Positions 14,470 to 27,475 of a stretch of DNA of 64,000 nucleotides are shown here, piece by piece. A program made the translations under genes and the position numbers. The stretch spans positions 22,976,001 through 23,040,000 of the forward strand of contig CP086569.2 in assembly GCA_009914755.4 (NCBI GenBank), read 5' to 3'. Position 1 is the stretch's first letter, and each line of letters begins with the position of its first letter. This stretch comes from the human T2T-CHM13v2.0 reference genome, Homo sapiens. The notes beneath the pieces were generated by a model. The model did not search any database. It was not told the DNA's origin and worked only from the letters and a program-made list of their open reading frames with translations.

Positions 14470-16974
14470 TTGGTGAAAGAATCTGATTTCATGGGTATTG
14501 GTATATAGTCTAGCTTGTTGTTGAGTGTTCTTTGGCTGATAGAATTATACCTGAAACCCCAGAGACTGGTTTCAGTGGAAAATGTCTGGACTCTAGATCT
14601 CACTACCTCATCCTGGGTCTTGTAGGGGCTCGCTGGAACAGGCTGGAACCAAGACAAAGGCAAGCATGTGATGGAGGAGTGTTCTTGCACTTTGGACCTT
14701 CCTGTCACGGGTGCAGATGAGGTTGAGTCACTATCTCAGAGACCATCTGTGGTGACGACAAGCTTGAAAATCATGTCAAGTAGCACTTTTGAGGGGCATT
14801 GTGGATTCCACCATGAAAACAAAATAACAAAAAAAATCATGGCTCGCATGAGAGAATGAGCTCCTCAGGCTGAAATTTAAGCAATGTTCAATAATTCCTG
14901 TCAGAGGACCCAAAACTCTCCTGCAAAGGGCAAACAACCTCAGCCCCCATGAAGAGAAAATTACCCACAACAAGTAGCACAGCCATTTTTCCTAAAGTCC
15001 TTTTTGCTTTGTGAAATCCTTGGCAGCTAAATAATCTGTGGCATAAGGCAGTCCCATCCAGCATCATCCCAATGAAGAGTCCCTCCACAATGAGAATGCC
15101 ATGCAGATGAAATGAAACTGAGGTTATACTACCAGGCAAATCCAGACACGGTTGCCCACTTCTCATCCTACAGAAATCATGTGGCATTCAATAGAAGTGT
15201 GACAATAAGACTTTCCTTCTTGGTGGCTGTAATGGAAATTTATGGTTTTAAAAGTATTAAAGCTGCACAGTTATTCAAACCTGAAAGTGTTTAGAGGGAA
15301 ATACTCATGCAATGGATTCCCATGAGGATCATTTTCCATGAACAGAGAAATATTTAGTGTGGAAGTTGTTGAGCCATACCCAGGAACCCCTAGGTCAGTG
15401 AGGAACATAAAATTCAAAAAGAAGAGGCAAATGTTGAGGCCACACCTTACCCAGTATCAATCATTTCCACTCCCCATTTAGCGTTGGGTACGAAAGCCCT
15501 CAAATCAGGAGTTTTCCAGGATGCCCCCAACTGGCACTCCAAATATTTCTTGCATTCGAGTACTCTTACCTCAGCACCTGGCAATGGTGTGGACTGCTTT
15601 TGCCATTCGAGTACTCTTACCTCAGCACCCGGCAATGGTGTGGACTGCTTTTGCAAATAAGGGAATGCGGGGATGTATTTGGAAGCACCTTCTGTGTCAT
15701 CTGTCTTCGTTTTTTTTTGTTGTTTTGTTTTGTTTAGGTTTTGGTTTTTGCAGGTGAAGTTACAGGACACCATCCATTCCTCAGCAGATTGTATCCTTTC
15801 CCCATCTGACCCGATTTCTACTCACACTGTAAGTCCCAGGATGAAATCACAAGATGATGGAGAACTGCCCTCTCATGATGTGAAGCATGTGCTCAGCAGA
15901 GGACAAATTCGAGGTAAATTCAAGGGGCCCTTTGGACAAGACTGCTATTGCCTCTCCCCAGTTTGGCCACAGTACAGTGAAACTCTAGGAAATGCCTGTT
16001 TTTTTGGTGTCATGTGACCCTCTTCTCTCAAGAAGAGTGGCTTATTTTGCAGGGGTGGGTATGACTCAGATGCCTGCACATCTCAACCCGCCTCCCTATT
16101 CACTGAGGATTCATGATCTACAGAATAATAAGGAACATAGAGCCCCACAGCCCAAGAAGAGCCACCAAGACAATCCACCAAAGTGGGGAGACAAAAAAAA
16201 AAAAAAAAAAAAAAAAGAATTGCTGAAGTGTGGTAGCCACATTCCTTGAAGTAGACTCCACTTATAGGCACACACACAGAAATCCAACCCTCACAATACT
16301 CCCTCAGAAACACACAGCCCGGCAACTCCCAAAGTTGTGCAGTTTTGCGGGAAGCCCCAACTGGGAGAGAGCAACCCCAAGGAAAAAAGGCAGGCTATAC
16401 CTAGAAATCACAGTGGGGCCAGTTTCAAAAAGACTCACCCCTACAACATCTAGGCAGGCCTGAGGAATCTTGCAGATTATTTTGTATCCTCAGGGATTCA
16501 CAGTTTATTCCTGAGGCTCTGCTTGACATTTCTTCAGGTTGGCTCACATCTGCCCTCTCCTTGGAACATGGGACTATCTGGTCGATTCCACAGAGAAGAC
16601 AGGACACAGTCCACCAAAGACACATCTCCACGGAAGTCTCTTTCTCTGCCAAGGCACAGGGACTTGTCGCTAGGCAATGGTGACTTTCATGGTGAGGCTA
16701 GCCAGAGGCTTTTAGACTAGGGCATGCGCATTGTGAGGCAGGCTCAGGTGCCAGGCTGTAAGAGCTGTCAATTGCCTTAAGCAGAGGAAAATGGTACAGG
16801 CAGAGCCAGCCTGGTATCAGTAAAAACACTGCCTGTGAAAACCCACTTTGGGACCATAAAAGTCTTGACCTCAAGGCCCCTTCGGGTCATCTCCATGGTA
16901 GGATCCCACTGGAGGATGAGGTGTTTCAAGACTGTGAGGTGGTCGCTGGAAACTGATCTTCTGGCTCCGTTTCA
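14470..16974 (+). repeat. Macrosatellite unit 7 (full, with an internal ~60-bp tandem duplication at ~15521-15650)
   Basis: The duplicated block 'ctggcactccaaatatttcttgcattcgagtactcttacctcagcacc(t/c)ggcaatggtgtggactgcttttgc' appears twice. Exon-like module at ~15760-15913. Confidence 0.7.
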
Positions 16975-19045
16975 GAAAGGGGCTGTGTGCAAGAATTGGG
17001 TCCCATGGGTTTGGGATATTGTCTGGTGTGTTGTTGAGGGTTCATTGAGTGATAGAATCATACCTGGGACCCCAGAGGTTCGTGTCAGTGAAAGATGGCT
17101 GGGCTCTTGACCTCACCCTCTCCCTTCATCCTGGGCCTTGCAGAGGCTCTCAGGGAAAGGTAGAAACTACAAAGGCAAATCCAAGGTGGTGCATGTCCTC
17201 ACACCTCAGACTGGCCTCACATGGTTGCAGGTGAGGTTGAGAGAGTGTCTCAGAGGCCATCTGTGCTGATGGCAGCCTGAAAATAGTGTCCAGTAATGCT
17301 GTGAAGGGGCACTGTGGATTCCCCATGAAAGCAAACAAAAATCAAGGCTCTCCTGAAAGAAACAACTGCATTGTGCTGGAGTTGAAGCAAGGTTCAATGA
17401 TCCTTGTCAGAGGAACCAAAAGCCCCCTGTAAAGTGCAAACAATCACAGTCCCCACAATGAGACAATGACCCACAACCTGCAGAGCAGCCAGACTAGCCG
17501 ATGTCCCTTTTGCTCTCTGAAATTCCCAATAGCTACATAATCTGTGGCAAGAGGCTCTTCCATCCAACAACAGCCCAATGAAAGAACCCCTCCACTATAA
17601 GAAGGCCAGGCAGACAAAATGAAACAGAGGCTATATTATCAGGCAAAAGCCAGACACGGCTGCCTGCTTCTCACTCTACAGGAATCATGCATCCCTCCAA
17701 TAGAAGTAGGAGAAGTATCAAAGCTGCCCTGTCATTAAAACATGACAGTGTTTAGAAGGAAATTCTCATGCAATGGATTCCCATGAGGGTCATTCTCTGT
17801 GAACTGGGAAATGTTTAGTGTGGAAGAGGCCAAGCCAGACCCAGGAAACCCTAAACTGATGAGTAACATGGAACTCAGGAAAAGAAGAGGCATGCATGGA
17901 GGCCACATCCCACCCAGCATCAATACATTCATCTTCCATTTAGCTCCAGGCGTGAAGGTCCTCAAATCGGGAGTTTGCCAGCATGGCCCCTATTTGCACT
18001 CCAAATATTCCTTGCACATTGGAGTACTCTGACCTGAACACCGTGCCATGATGTGGACTACTTGTGCAATTAGTGGAATGTGAAAATGGAATTGGAAACA
18101 CTTCTGTGTAATGTCTTCATTTTTTGCAGGTGAAATTGGGGGACCCCATCCAGCCCTCACCACATTGTATCATTACCCCTTTCTAACCTCATTTCTGCTC
18201 ATACTCTATGTCCCAGGATGAAATCCCAAGACGCTGGAGGAGTTTTCCTTTAAGACATGAATCACCTATTCAGCTGGGAACTGAATTCAAGGTAAATTCA
18301 TGGGGCCCATGGGATAGGACTGCAGGGGCTCTCCCTGGTTTGGCTGCAGGACAATGAAACACTAGAAGATGCCAGTTTTTTGGTGTGGTGTGCTCCTCTT
18401 CTTTCTAAAAGACTGAATTTTTTTGCAGGGGGAGGTGATTTGTACACATGCCTCCCAATTCACTGTGACTTCATGATCCACAGAAAAATAAAGAACACAG
18501 ATCCCCACATCCCAAGCAGAGCCACACAGACACACCACCAAAAGGCTTGGCGATGGCAATCCTGAAAAGTATGTCCAGTAGTGCTGCTGAAGGGCAAGAC
18601 GGTGAGTAAGACCAAGCAAACCCTAATTTGATGAGGAAGATGGAAGCCAAAAAAAAAAAAAAAAAAAAAGAGGCAACTGTGGAGGCCACATCCCACACAG
18701 CATCAATCCATCCTACTCCCATTTGGCCCAGTGTATGAAAGCCCTCAAAGTGCAAACCCCTAGGTTTGCACTCCACAGGTTCACGGCACGTTGGAGAATT
18801 CACACTTGAACACTGGACCTTGGTGTGCACTGCTTGTGCAATTAAGGGGATGTGGGGATTCAGTTGGAAGCAACTTCTGTGTCATCTGTCTTCATCTTTT
18901 TTGCAGGTGAACATGCGGGATACAATCCACACCTCACCAGGTTCTATCCTCTTTTCTATCTGACCTTATAGCTGTTCACACTCTCTGTCCCAGAATGAAA
19001 TCCCAAGATGATGGAGAGTGCCTCCCCATGACATTAATCACCTGC
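16975..19045 (+). repeat. Macrosatellite unit 8 plus a scrambled terminal partial unit
   Basis: The unit is canonical up to ~18540. A fragment of landmark B ('atggcaatcctgaaaagtatgtccagtagtgctgctgaagggca') is then fused to an E-H partial unit. The array ends at ~19045, truncating the last exon-like module. Confidence 0.6.
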
Positions 19046-22000
19046 TTGGCTAGACTCATGTATTGATTAATTATTCTTATAGTTGTTTGTATTCATTGTG
19101 AGACACAATGCTTCATTTTTCTTCCTTATTCTTCACCATTTATTTTCTTCTCAGATTAGTTATAGTTTGTAACTTACTTTGTCAAATATATGCAATAAGG
19201 TAACACTGCAGTATTGTAGAAAGCACACTGCATTGGAAGCAGACTCATTAAAATGGGAAAACCTCTCTTATTACCTGCAGCTGGGCGATCAGTGAGGACA
19301 GGTTGCGGGGCTCTGACCCTAGGCAGCATCTAGGGGTGAATGCATACAGCTCCTGAATCCCTAGCGGGCATGTGTTGCACGGTGTTAATTTAGTTCATCC
19401 ATCTGTAGACTACTAGTGTTAGTTCAATTAGACATCCAGCCTTACTGCAAAGACAGAGGGCTTTCTGGATCCTGGGATTACCTGCCTTGGTGTACCTGAA
19501 GAATTGGCTCCCATGTGGGTTTGGAGAATAAGTGCAAGTTTTCATTGATTGGAAGTGTTCAGAAAATCGATGGGGAGCCAGAATGGAGATGGAATGGGAA
19601 GGTGGTTTTCTCTCGGAATGGGGCAGCTCAGTGCTCTCCTCCCACAGCCCCATGAAACTTCGTGTTCTTCTGCAGTGGATGGCCTGCAGCCTCAGTCCTT
19701 GTGCTCTCCTTTCTCTGGTGTCCTCTCCAGGTCCAGATGTTGTGTCTTCTTCTGGTGATCATTCCTCTAAAAGTCCAGCTGCTGTGTATCTCCCTGCTAG
19801 CGTCTCAGGATTTCTTATAGAACAGGATGGGAGTATGGCAGGCGAGGGTGGTCTTGGAAAATGCAACACTTGTGCAAAAAAACCCAGAAACACATGTCCT
19901 CACCAATTTAGGCAAGAAAACAGAGGTGCGTGTCTTCAACTAAGTCAGTGAGCACAGGCCTGATGGTGGAGCCCTAGCCAAGAACCACAGCCTTCTCTAC
20001 CAGGCACTTCTCTGCCCCTCTTCCATATCAATATTTTTTAAATTTAAAACTCCAAAATAGTACCCAAATCCTTTACAGATGACAACTGGAGAAAATGGCA
20101 TTTGAAGAGCCAGTCTGGGATTAGGGTCACTATATGGAAAATGAAAACAGAGAGAGCATGTCCTGTAGGCATGGAATCACTGCAGAAACATATCCCTTAT
20201 TGAGAAAGAGAAGGAAACAAACTGACTTCTCATATCTTCTTGTTCTCTAATCTCTGCAGTGTCACCCCTTGACTGAACTGAAACAAGAAGTAATTTTTAT
20301 AGGAGCCTAGGAACCATGCCTTCCTGGGGCCAGGCCTCTCTCTATTACAGAACAGTGCCAGGGAGAAGGGAGTGATATAGCTGTGGGCATGCAAACCCAG
20401 GGCCTCCCACAAAGGAGTATTAGAGACAAATACAGTGTCAGGAGATAAAGAGAGAATTACTCTCAGGAATGATTCATTCATGATATTCGTGAAAAGACCA
20501 AAAAGTAAAACAGCTTGTGAGGTAGTAAACATAAAAAGATCATAAACAAAAGCAGGCAAAATTGTAAAGTCCAGGGTATTTACCTTCCCTTTATAGGATT
20601 TTAATGATCCCTTCCAGAAGCCTTTTCCCAATATCTTCCATTCATGGATTCATTCAAGAAATATTTATTGAGCTAGAATGCTCTAAGCATTCGGCAGATG
20701 GCATCATATGCACTGTTGGTACTTCTATCATTGATAGAAAGAATGTTTCTTTTTTCTCTACAACGTTTTCTCGCAAACATTCTTCTCGAAAATTTGTATC
20801 CTTACAGATGCGATCAATTGTTCCTTCCCTAAGGTTCTCCACACCCCTGTTAACGCAGTTAAGAACTTCCTTCCTCTGCAACTAAGTTACTAAATTGTAT
20901 ATATTGTAACACTTGCCAGAGTACATTCCAATTATGGCTGTTTTCTTCATTCTCCAATTAAACTATGAATATTTTGAAGGAAAAGTCTATAAACACAATG
21001 GCTTGACATTTGTCAACATTTATTGCACAAAAGGTTATTAGATATTTATATATAACATTATAATACATTCATCCTAATTTCTGGAAAACAATATAAACAA
21101 TCACTCTCCACTCCCCCATTGACTGCTCAACTTTAAACAATGTCTCTACTTTTAGAGCAATTATACAAACTTCCAAAAAACACCTGAAAGTGTTTTTATT
21201 TTAATTTATTTTGTTTTTTATATTGAATTATTTTGTAGAGACAAAGTCTTGCCTCATGGCCCAGGCTGAAATGCAGTGTGTGATAACAGCAAACTACAAC
21301 TGTGAACTCCTAAGTGGAACAACAGATGTGTGCCATCATGCCCAATTTAACTAATTAAATATTTAGTTACATTTTAAAAATGGTTCTTGCTGTGTTGCCT
21401 ATGCTGCTGTCAAACTCTGGGTTTGAAGCAGTCCTCCCTTCTAAGCCTCCCAGAGAGCTGCAATTCCAGGCATGAACAACCAGACCTCAAAGAGGAAATT
21501 TTAGATTTTAGAATATTGCAATATATTAGACTTAATTTCTTCTTTCAGTTTTGCATTTGCAGTGGCACTTGAGAATAATTATTACTTATGGTGAGAGTGT
21601 GATTTCTCATATTTGGTCACCAGATTTTGAAATCTTTATTCTGTTTGCTTAAATCCTAATAACTGGTAGTCAACTCAGCTGAAAGTCAAGTACATGGGTG
21701 ACTTGTTTTGAGGCTATGGAGACAAATGTACAGATGTATTAAGAACCAAAGACTATTTTTTATATAGGCTAAAGCTTTATCCTTGCTGGTGAAGCATCAT
21801 ACGTGGCATGGATAGTTTTATAAAATACCCTGAAATACATACTTTAGTAAGCAATTTAGCACTCACAATTTCCCAACTTTGTTTTCATCTGAAGTTAATG
21901 ATGTATGGCACTTCTAGTAAGTAAATGAATGTTTGAATTGCTGTGAGTTATTTTAGTCATTTCTCAGTTAACCATTTAAGTTATCAAAGATCTTTACTTG

Positions 22001-25000
22001 TGCAATATCATAAATGATAGACATTAAAAATGAATCAACAGAATTGATCTAACTAAAAGCTGTCATCTAATGTGATATTTTTTCAGTAAGATGACAGCAG
22101 TAATTATGCCAAAAAAAATAGTCATTCCCCTAGCTTGAGCCATTATAGCAACTTCTAACCAAAGATTTCACAGGCAGGGTCCAGATCTGGGCAACAGTTA
22201 TTAACATAATGGTTATTGTTGAGAATAAATTTTGATACGTCTAGCTGTGCTTGGATGTCAGTGCCTTGAAGGGACAGGTTTGGCATATTAATAAGAAAGG
22301 GTGCATTGGACTGAATACTAAGAAATGAATTGTTTTTCTTATCTTCTATAACATGAAAGGTCAATTTGAGATATAGAAACACTGGAACATTTCACAGCAT
22401 GGCCTGACATTTCACTGCACTTTTATTTTTTTAACCATGTACAAAGTTGATTAAATACACAAAGGTAGGACTGCTATAGGATGAAAGTGGTGGAGTCAGA
22501 GGTCACAATCCAAAGCAAGGTGATAGTCTCTTGAGGATGACACCCTGATTGCTGAATTAGGGTGAGAATCAACTTTCAGCTGTTAACAGGGGACAAGGAG
22601 AATGAAGTTATCAACAGTTAACATTATTGGATTAATTGAAATGAATGTTGGCAGAGATTTTGCTGGCTTTACATCAAATTGAGTATAGTACTTCAAACTG
22701 AGTATTTGATGAGGGTAAACACTTAATCAAGTTTTCCACATGTAAAATTGAGAATTAATTAAAAGATTATACAACCCACACGTTATGGGTATCTCATATA
22801 AATTTATATACACATGTGCAAACTTGCAGTGTGCATATATTTGTCTATATCTAAATATATCCAAATCCATTGATGAACAGTTAGAAATTTAGAAATTATT
22901 CTCCCATTTTATCATTCCCTTTCCTAGAATTTTGTCACAAATATAATTTTTCCATCTGTTTGAAGCCTACTCTCTGGAGGCATGTAATGTATGGACACAG
23001 TAAAGCCCTGAGGTATCACAGGGTTTTTATCAGAGAAAATAATAACACTGGTGTTATAAAAGATCCATTGTGAGGAGAAAGATATATTTCACATGATTAC
23101 AAATACAGAAGTATTATTTCATCAAAAGCTGGTATCAGTGAATACAATTTGTTTTTAATGTTTTATTTAAAATATTTAATCTCAAAAGAATTTGTTGAGT
23201 AGAATAATGATATTGGTAAGAAATAATGATTCAGAATTTCCTTTAATTTGTTGACTTTTAAAATTAAGTGAAATACTAAAAAGTACTATTTAATGTAGTT
23301 TCATGAAGCATTCTCTATGGTTTTATAAAATTAATAGTCTCAATGGAATTTTTTGACACAGAAATGTCCTTATATAATTTTATGATTTATTATTGTACTT
23401 TCACTTTATTACTTGCTTGCATGTCACAACTGATAGAAATAAAAATATTTTCATTTACACATATACAAAACATGGATGTTTGTTTATGTTTTCTAGTGAA
23501 AGAAAGTCACCAATAATTGTATCTATGTAGGAAAATTTTGACAAGCCCAAAGTTCTTAACTTTCTTTTCTTTTGAAGTTTCATATTTCAGTCTAGGTATG
23601 AGATCAAATTGACTATGATTATTTTTTGATTTTACTATGACTACTGAGTTTCTGATATAGTGTTTTATATATGTGTGTGTACATATATATATATATATTC
23701 ATATAGCGATATATATAGTGACACTCCCCTTAACCCAGGTGGACTCCTCATCCTCACTACATGGTATGGCCCGAAGTGTTACTCCTGGGGCCCCAGCCAC
23801 TGTTTCAAGGTCCAGAGACTGACCAGCAGACCCCTGAGTCCTTGTCCTCCTGTCCAAGTAATAGCCATAGAAATAGTAAAAGAGTGGCATATTAGACTTC
23901 ATAATATTTTTAAGGCTGATCTCTTTATAAGCATTTCATGCAGATATTTATGACATTATCTCATTTGTTTTATAGATTTGTAGCTCTAATTTCAAAATCA
24001 ATTTTTGCTTGAGAGTTATTTCAACATATAACCAAATGTTTGGAGCTATTACATAAAGGTTTCAAGGTTAAAAGTCTGTATCAGCTATTACGTTGGGTAA
24101 AACCCATCCAGCACTTAAAAAAATAAGTAATTATTAGGCATGGCCACAGTAGTGGTCTAAAATACACTTTGAAATTCTTCACAAACCAATTTGAAATTAT
24201 TCCTGATGTAACTGAACACAGTACTTGCTTCTAATTAATAGAAAACAGTGAAAGCATTTTCTGGATACTGGGCCACCTCTGGCCTAGGTTAGACAAGGTG
24301 ATACAGCTCTGCCTAAGTCTCCTGCTCTCATGGGGACAAACCCCTTGGAAGCCATGGACCAGGACATTATGAAGTCTAACACCCTGATAACACTATGCAG
24401 TAGGGACATCCCATGGAGAGATGCATAGAAATAGAAGGAGATGCCCAAGAATCTCAGCAGTCCAGCCCCACAATTTGAGTTATGCTAGCTATGGCACCAG
24501 GGAGATGAGAAGACACCTGACAATGTCCCCATCCTGAGCCGTCACTAGATTGTAAACTCCTGAGTGCCCCTGAACCACATTCATTTGGCTGAGAGACTGA
24601 GGGCGATTGCAGAGACTGACAGTTAGTAAATTATAATTATGGTTTTAAGCCACTAAGTTTTAGATAATTCTGAAAAGCACTTTAGACTCCTAGAAAAACT
24701 GTGTTGTCTACTGACTTCATTGCAGAGAGCTGTAAAGGCCAACATCATGAATGCTAATACCCTGGAAAAGTCAAATCATCGAGACTCTTCTAAGCACAAC
24801 AGATCTTTAATGTCCCTTCGCTATGGCTGGAGAATAATCTAACATGTATCTGATAGAGTTGTTGGAAAGCCTCTGTTCACATCTCTCAGCCTGGTATGGG
24901 TCAACTCTGGTCTGCTTTAATTCTAGGCAACTGCAGCAGCTCACCTTTCATTTAGGTCGTGGCCTACACTGATTTTTTTTGATCACTGACTGTGTCTTTG

Positions 25001-25169
25001 TCTGTGTGTGTATGTTTTGTGTGTTACCATATTTTATCTGAGGAGGCTAAATAGTAGTACTATAATTGTTTTGTAAACATAAAACATTCCAGGAAGTCAA
25101 TATTGCTTATCAATCGAGCTTTAAAACAGATACGAAATTAGACATGACAAGATGCCACGTCTAGTATCA

Positions 25170-25364
<195 letters not shown>

Positions 25365-25385
25365 TCACGGGAGAGAGAAATGCAT

Positions 25386-25690
25386 ACAACTGGGTGGGCA
25401 CTGTGGCTCATGCCTGGATCCCAGCATTTTGAGAGGCTGATGTGGGTGGATCACTAAAGGAAAGGAATTCAAGACCAGCCTGAGCAAATATTGTGAAACC
25501 TGGTCTCTACTGAAAATACAAAATATTTGCCAGGATTGGTGTCACATGATTGCAGTCGCAGCTGCTTAGGAGGGTGTGACTGGACAATTGCTTGAACCCG
25601 TGATAAGGAGGGAGCAGTGAGCTGAGATCACGCCACTGCACTCCAGCCTAGGTGACAGGGCAGGATTCTTTCTTAAAAAAAAAAAAAATC
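25386..25690 (+). mobile_element. Full-length Alu, followed by a (GAAA/GGAA)n simple repeat at 25690-25790
   Basis: 'tgggtgggcactgtggctcatgcctggatcccagcattttgagaggctgatgtgggtggatcac...gcactccagcctaggtgacagggcaggattctttcttaaaaaaaaaaaaa'. Confidence 0.85.
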
Positions 25691-26063
25691 AGTGAGAGAA
25701 AAAGATACAGAGACAAAAAGAAAGAAAGACAGGAAGGAAGAAAGGAAGGGAGGGAAGGAGGAAGGGAATGAAAATTTGTACCTAACAGTTGTAGATACTT
25801 TTGGCATACATGTGATATTTTGATACAAGTAATGTGAACTGGTAAGCGAGGGATCAAAGAGGGGATGGGGGTGGGTTAAATTATACTTGCTTAGAAGGAA
25901 TAATATCTAGTGTTCAGTGGCACAGGATGACTACACTTAATAATGATTTATTGTACATCTCAAAATAATTAATAGAGCGAAGGTGGAATGTCGCTGATAC
26001 CAAGAAAAGATACGCCAGACTCAGTGAGGTGGAATGTCGCTCATAATGAGAAAAGATATGCCA

Positions 26064-26365
26064 GACTCAGTGGCTCACGGCTATAATCACAACACTTTGG
26101 GAAGCCAGGGAAGGAGGATTATTTCGGTCTGGGAGTTTGAGACCAGCCTGAACAATATATCCAAAGCATTGTCCCTACCACACACACACAAACACAAAAG
26201 CTGGGCACGGTGGTTGGTGTGTGTCTGTAATTCCAGCTACTTGGGAGGCTGAAATGGAAGGCTTGCACATTTCAAGCCCGTGTTCAAAGCTGCAGTGAGC
26301 TATGATGGTGCCACTGCAGTCTAGGCTGGACAACAGTGTGAGACCTTGTCTCTAAAAAAGAAAAA
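26064..26365 (+). mobile_element. Alu. It is preceded by a 45-bp tandem duplication at 25995-26085
   Basis: 'ccagactcagtggctcacggctataatcacaacactttgggaagccagggaaggaggattatttcggtctgggagtttgagaccagcctgaacaatat...gtgagaccttgtctctaaaaaagaaaaaag'. The duplicated block is 'ggtggaatgtcgct(g/c)ata(cc/at)aagaaaagatacgccagactcagtg'. Confidence 0.8.
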
Positions 26366-26439
26366 AGAATCGGTAAGTGCTTGAACTGAAGGATACCCTA
26401 TTTATTATGTATATATTTGTTCATTGATATAATTATTTT

Positions 26440-26725
26440 TGTGTTGGAGTCGCACTCTGTCACCCAGGCTAGAGTGCATGGTGCAATATCGGCTCACCGC
26501 AGCATCAGGCTCCCAGGTTCAAACCACTGTCCTGCCTGAGCCTCCCAATTAACTGCAACGTACTACAGGCAGGCACCACCATGCCCGGCTAATTTTTGTA
26601 TTTTTGGTAGAGATGGGGTTTCATGGTGTTGGCCAGCCTGGTCTTCAACTCCTGTCCTAAAGTGCTCTGCAAGCCTCGGCCTCCCCAAGTGTTAGAATTA
26701 GAGACCTGAGCCGTCACACATGGAC
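26440..26725 (-). mobile_element. Alu (minus)
   Basis: 'ttgtgttggagtcgcactctgtcacccaggctagagtgcatggtgcaatatcggctcaccgcagc...ggctaatttttgtatttttggtagagatggggtttcatggtgttggccagcctggtcttcaactcctg...'. Confidence 0.85.
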
Positions 26726-27184
26726 AGTAAGATACACAAGACTCGGGAGATTTATCTTTTCACTTCATCCTCACAATGCTACAGGTGAATGAAAACACTC
26801 CATAACATGAATAACTCACTTGAAAATCAAAGTTGGTAACTTCTCCCTTTAAAATTATTTGTACCCTTACCCTGTAAAAATTGATGATTGTGTCAAAATT
26901 TTTCAAGAAAATACTTCCTCCTTGCAGATTAGTCTGTCAATTGTAAGAATTATGGACTGCAAAACTTCTGGAACTTGATGTATTTCATTTCTTTAGTTTG
27001 TATAATCAGGAAAATTAATTCATTTAGTTATTTCGGTCTAAATATTTGTATCATTCAGTGATGTCTTAAAACTTTAAGCAATCCCGTCGGAAACTTTATG
27101 CTGTTGTTTATGTTTTATACACTTCACTTTCCCCTAAGTATGAGGTTTAAAGCGTTTCCATTCATATTATCAATTAAATACGAT

Positions 27185-27475
27185 AGGCTGACAGTGGTGG
27201 CACATGCCTATAATCTTAGCACTTCGGGAGTCTGAGGAGGGTGGATCAGGATTTTAAGAACAGCCTGGCAAACAAGGTGAAACGCTGTCTGCACTAAAAA
27301 TACAAAAATTGGCCCCGCTGTGCGGCACACATATCTAATACCAGTTACTCAGGATGCTGAGGCAGGAGAATAGCTTGGATCCAGAAGGCAGCGGTTGCCA
27401 TAAGCCAAGACAGAGCCACTGCACCCCAGCCTCGGCGACAAAGCTGTACACTTCATCTCAAAAAAAACTGATACT
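27185..27475 (+). mobile_element. Alu (plus)
   Basis: 'ggctgacagtggtggcacatgcctataatcttagcacttcgggagtctgaggagggtggatcagg...ccactgcaccccagcctcggcgacaaagctgtacacttcatctcaaaaaaaa'. Confidence 0.85.

Larger units (their letters stand above)
1..19045 (+). repeat. Complex tandem macrosatellite array. The monomer is ~2.42-2.50 kb, with at least 7 full and several partial units. It ends abruptly at ~19,045 inside an exon-like module
   Basis: Sixteen ordered landmark motifs recur with a ~2.45-kb period. Examples are 'gaaagaggctgtgtgcaagaat...gggattggaatgtagtctggtg', 'atggcaagcctgaaaagggtgtccagtagtgctg' and 'ttttgcag|gtgaaggtgtgggaccccatcc...ttgag|gtaaattcaaggggccctg'. The first landmark occurs at 16, 2436, 4905, 7363, 10559, 13030, 14470 and 16975. 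Copies are ~15-25% diverged. Confidence 0.85.

Noticed and set aside
1-19045. Whether the array is a known Y heterochromatic satellite (DYZ1, DYZ2, DYZ3 or DYZ19), or alpha-satellite or SST1.
   Set aside because: The period (~2.45 kb) and sequence do not resemble the 171-bp alphoid, the 125-bp DYZ19, the pentameric DYZ1, or the Alu plus AT-rich DYZ2 unit. No confident assignment to a named family was possible from memory, so it is described generically as a macrosatellite.
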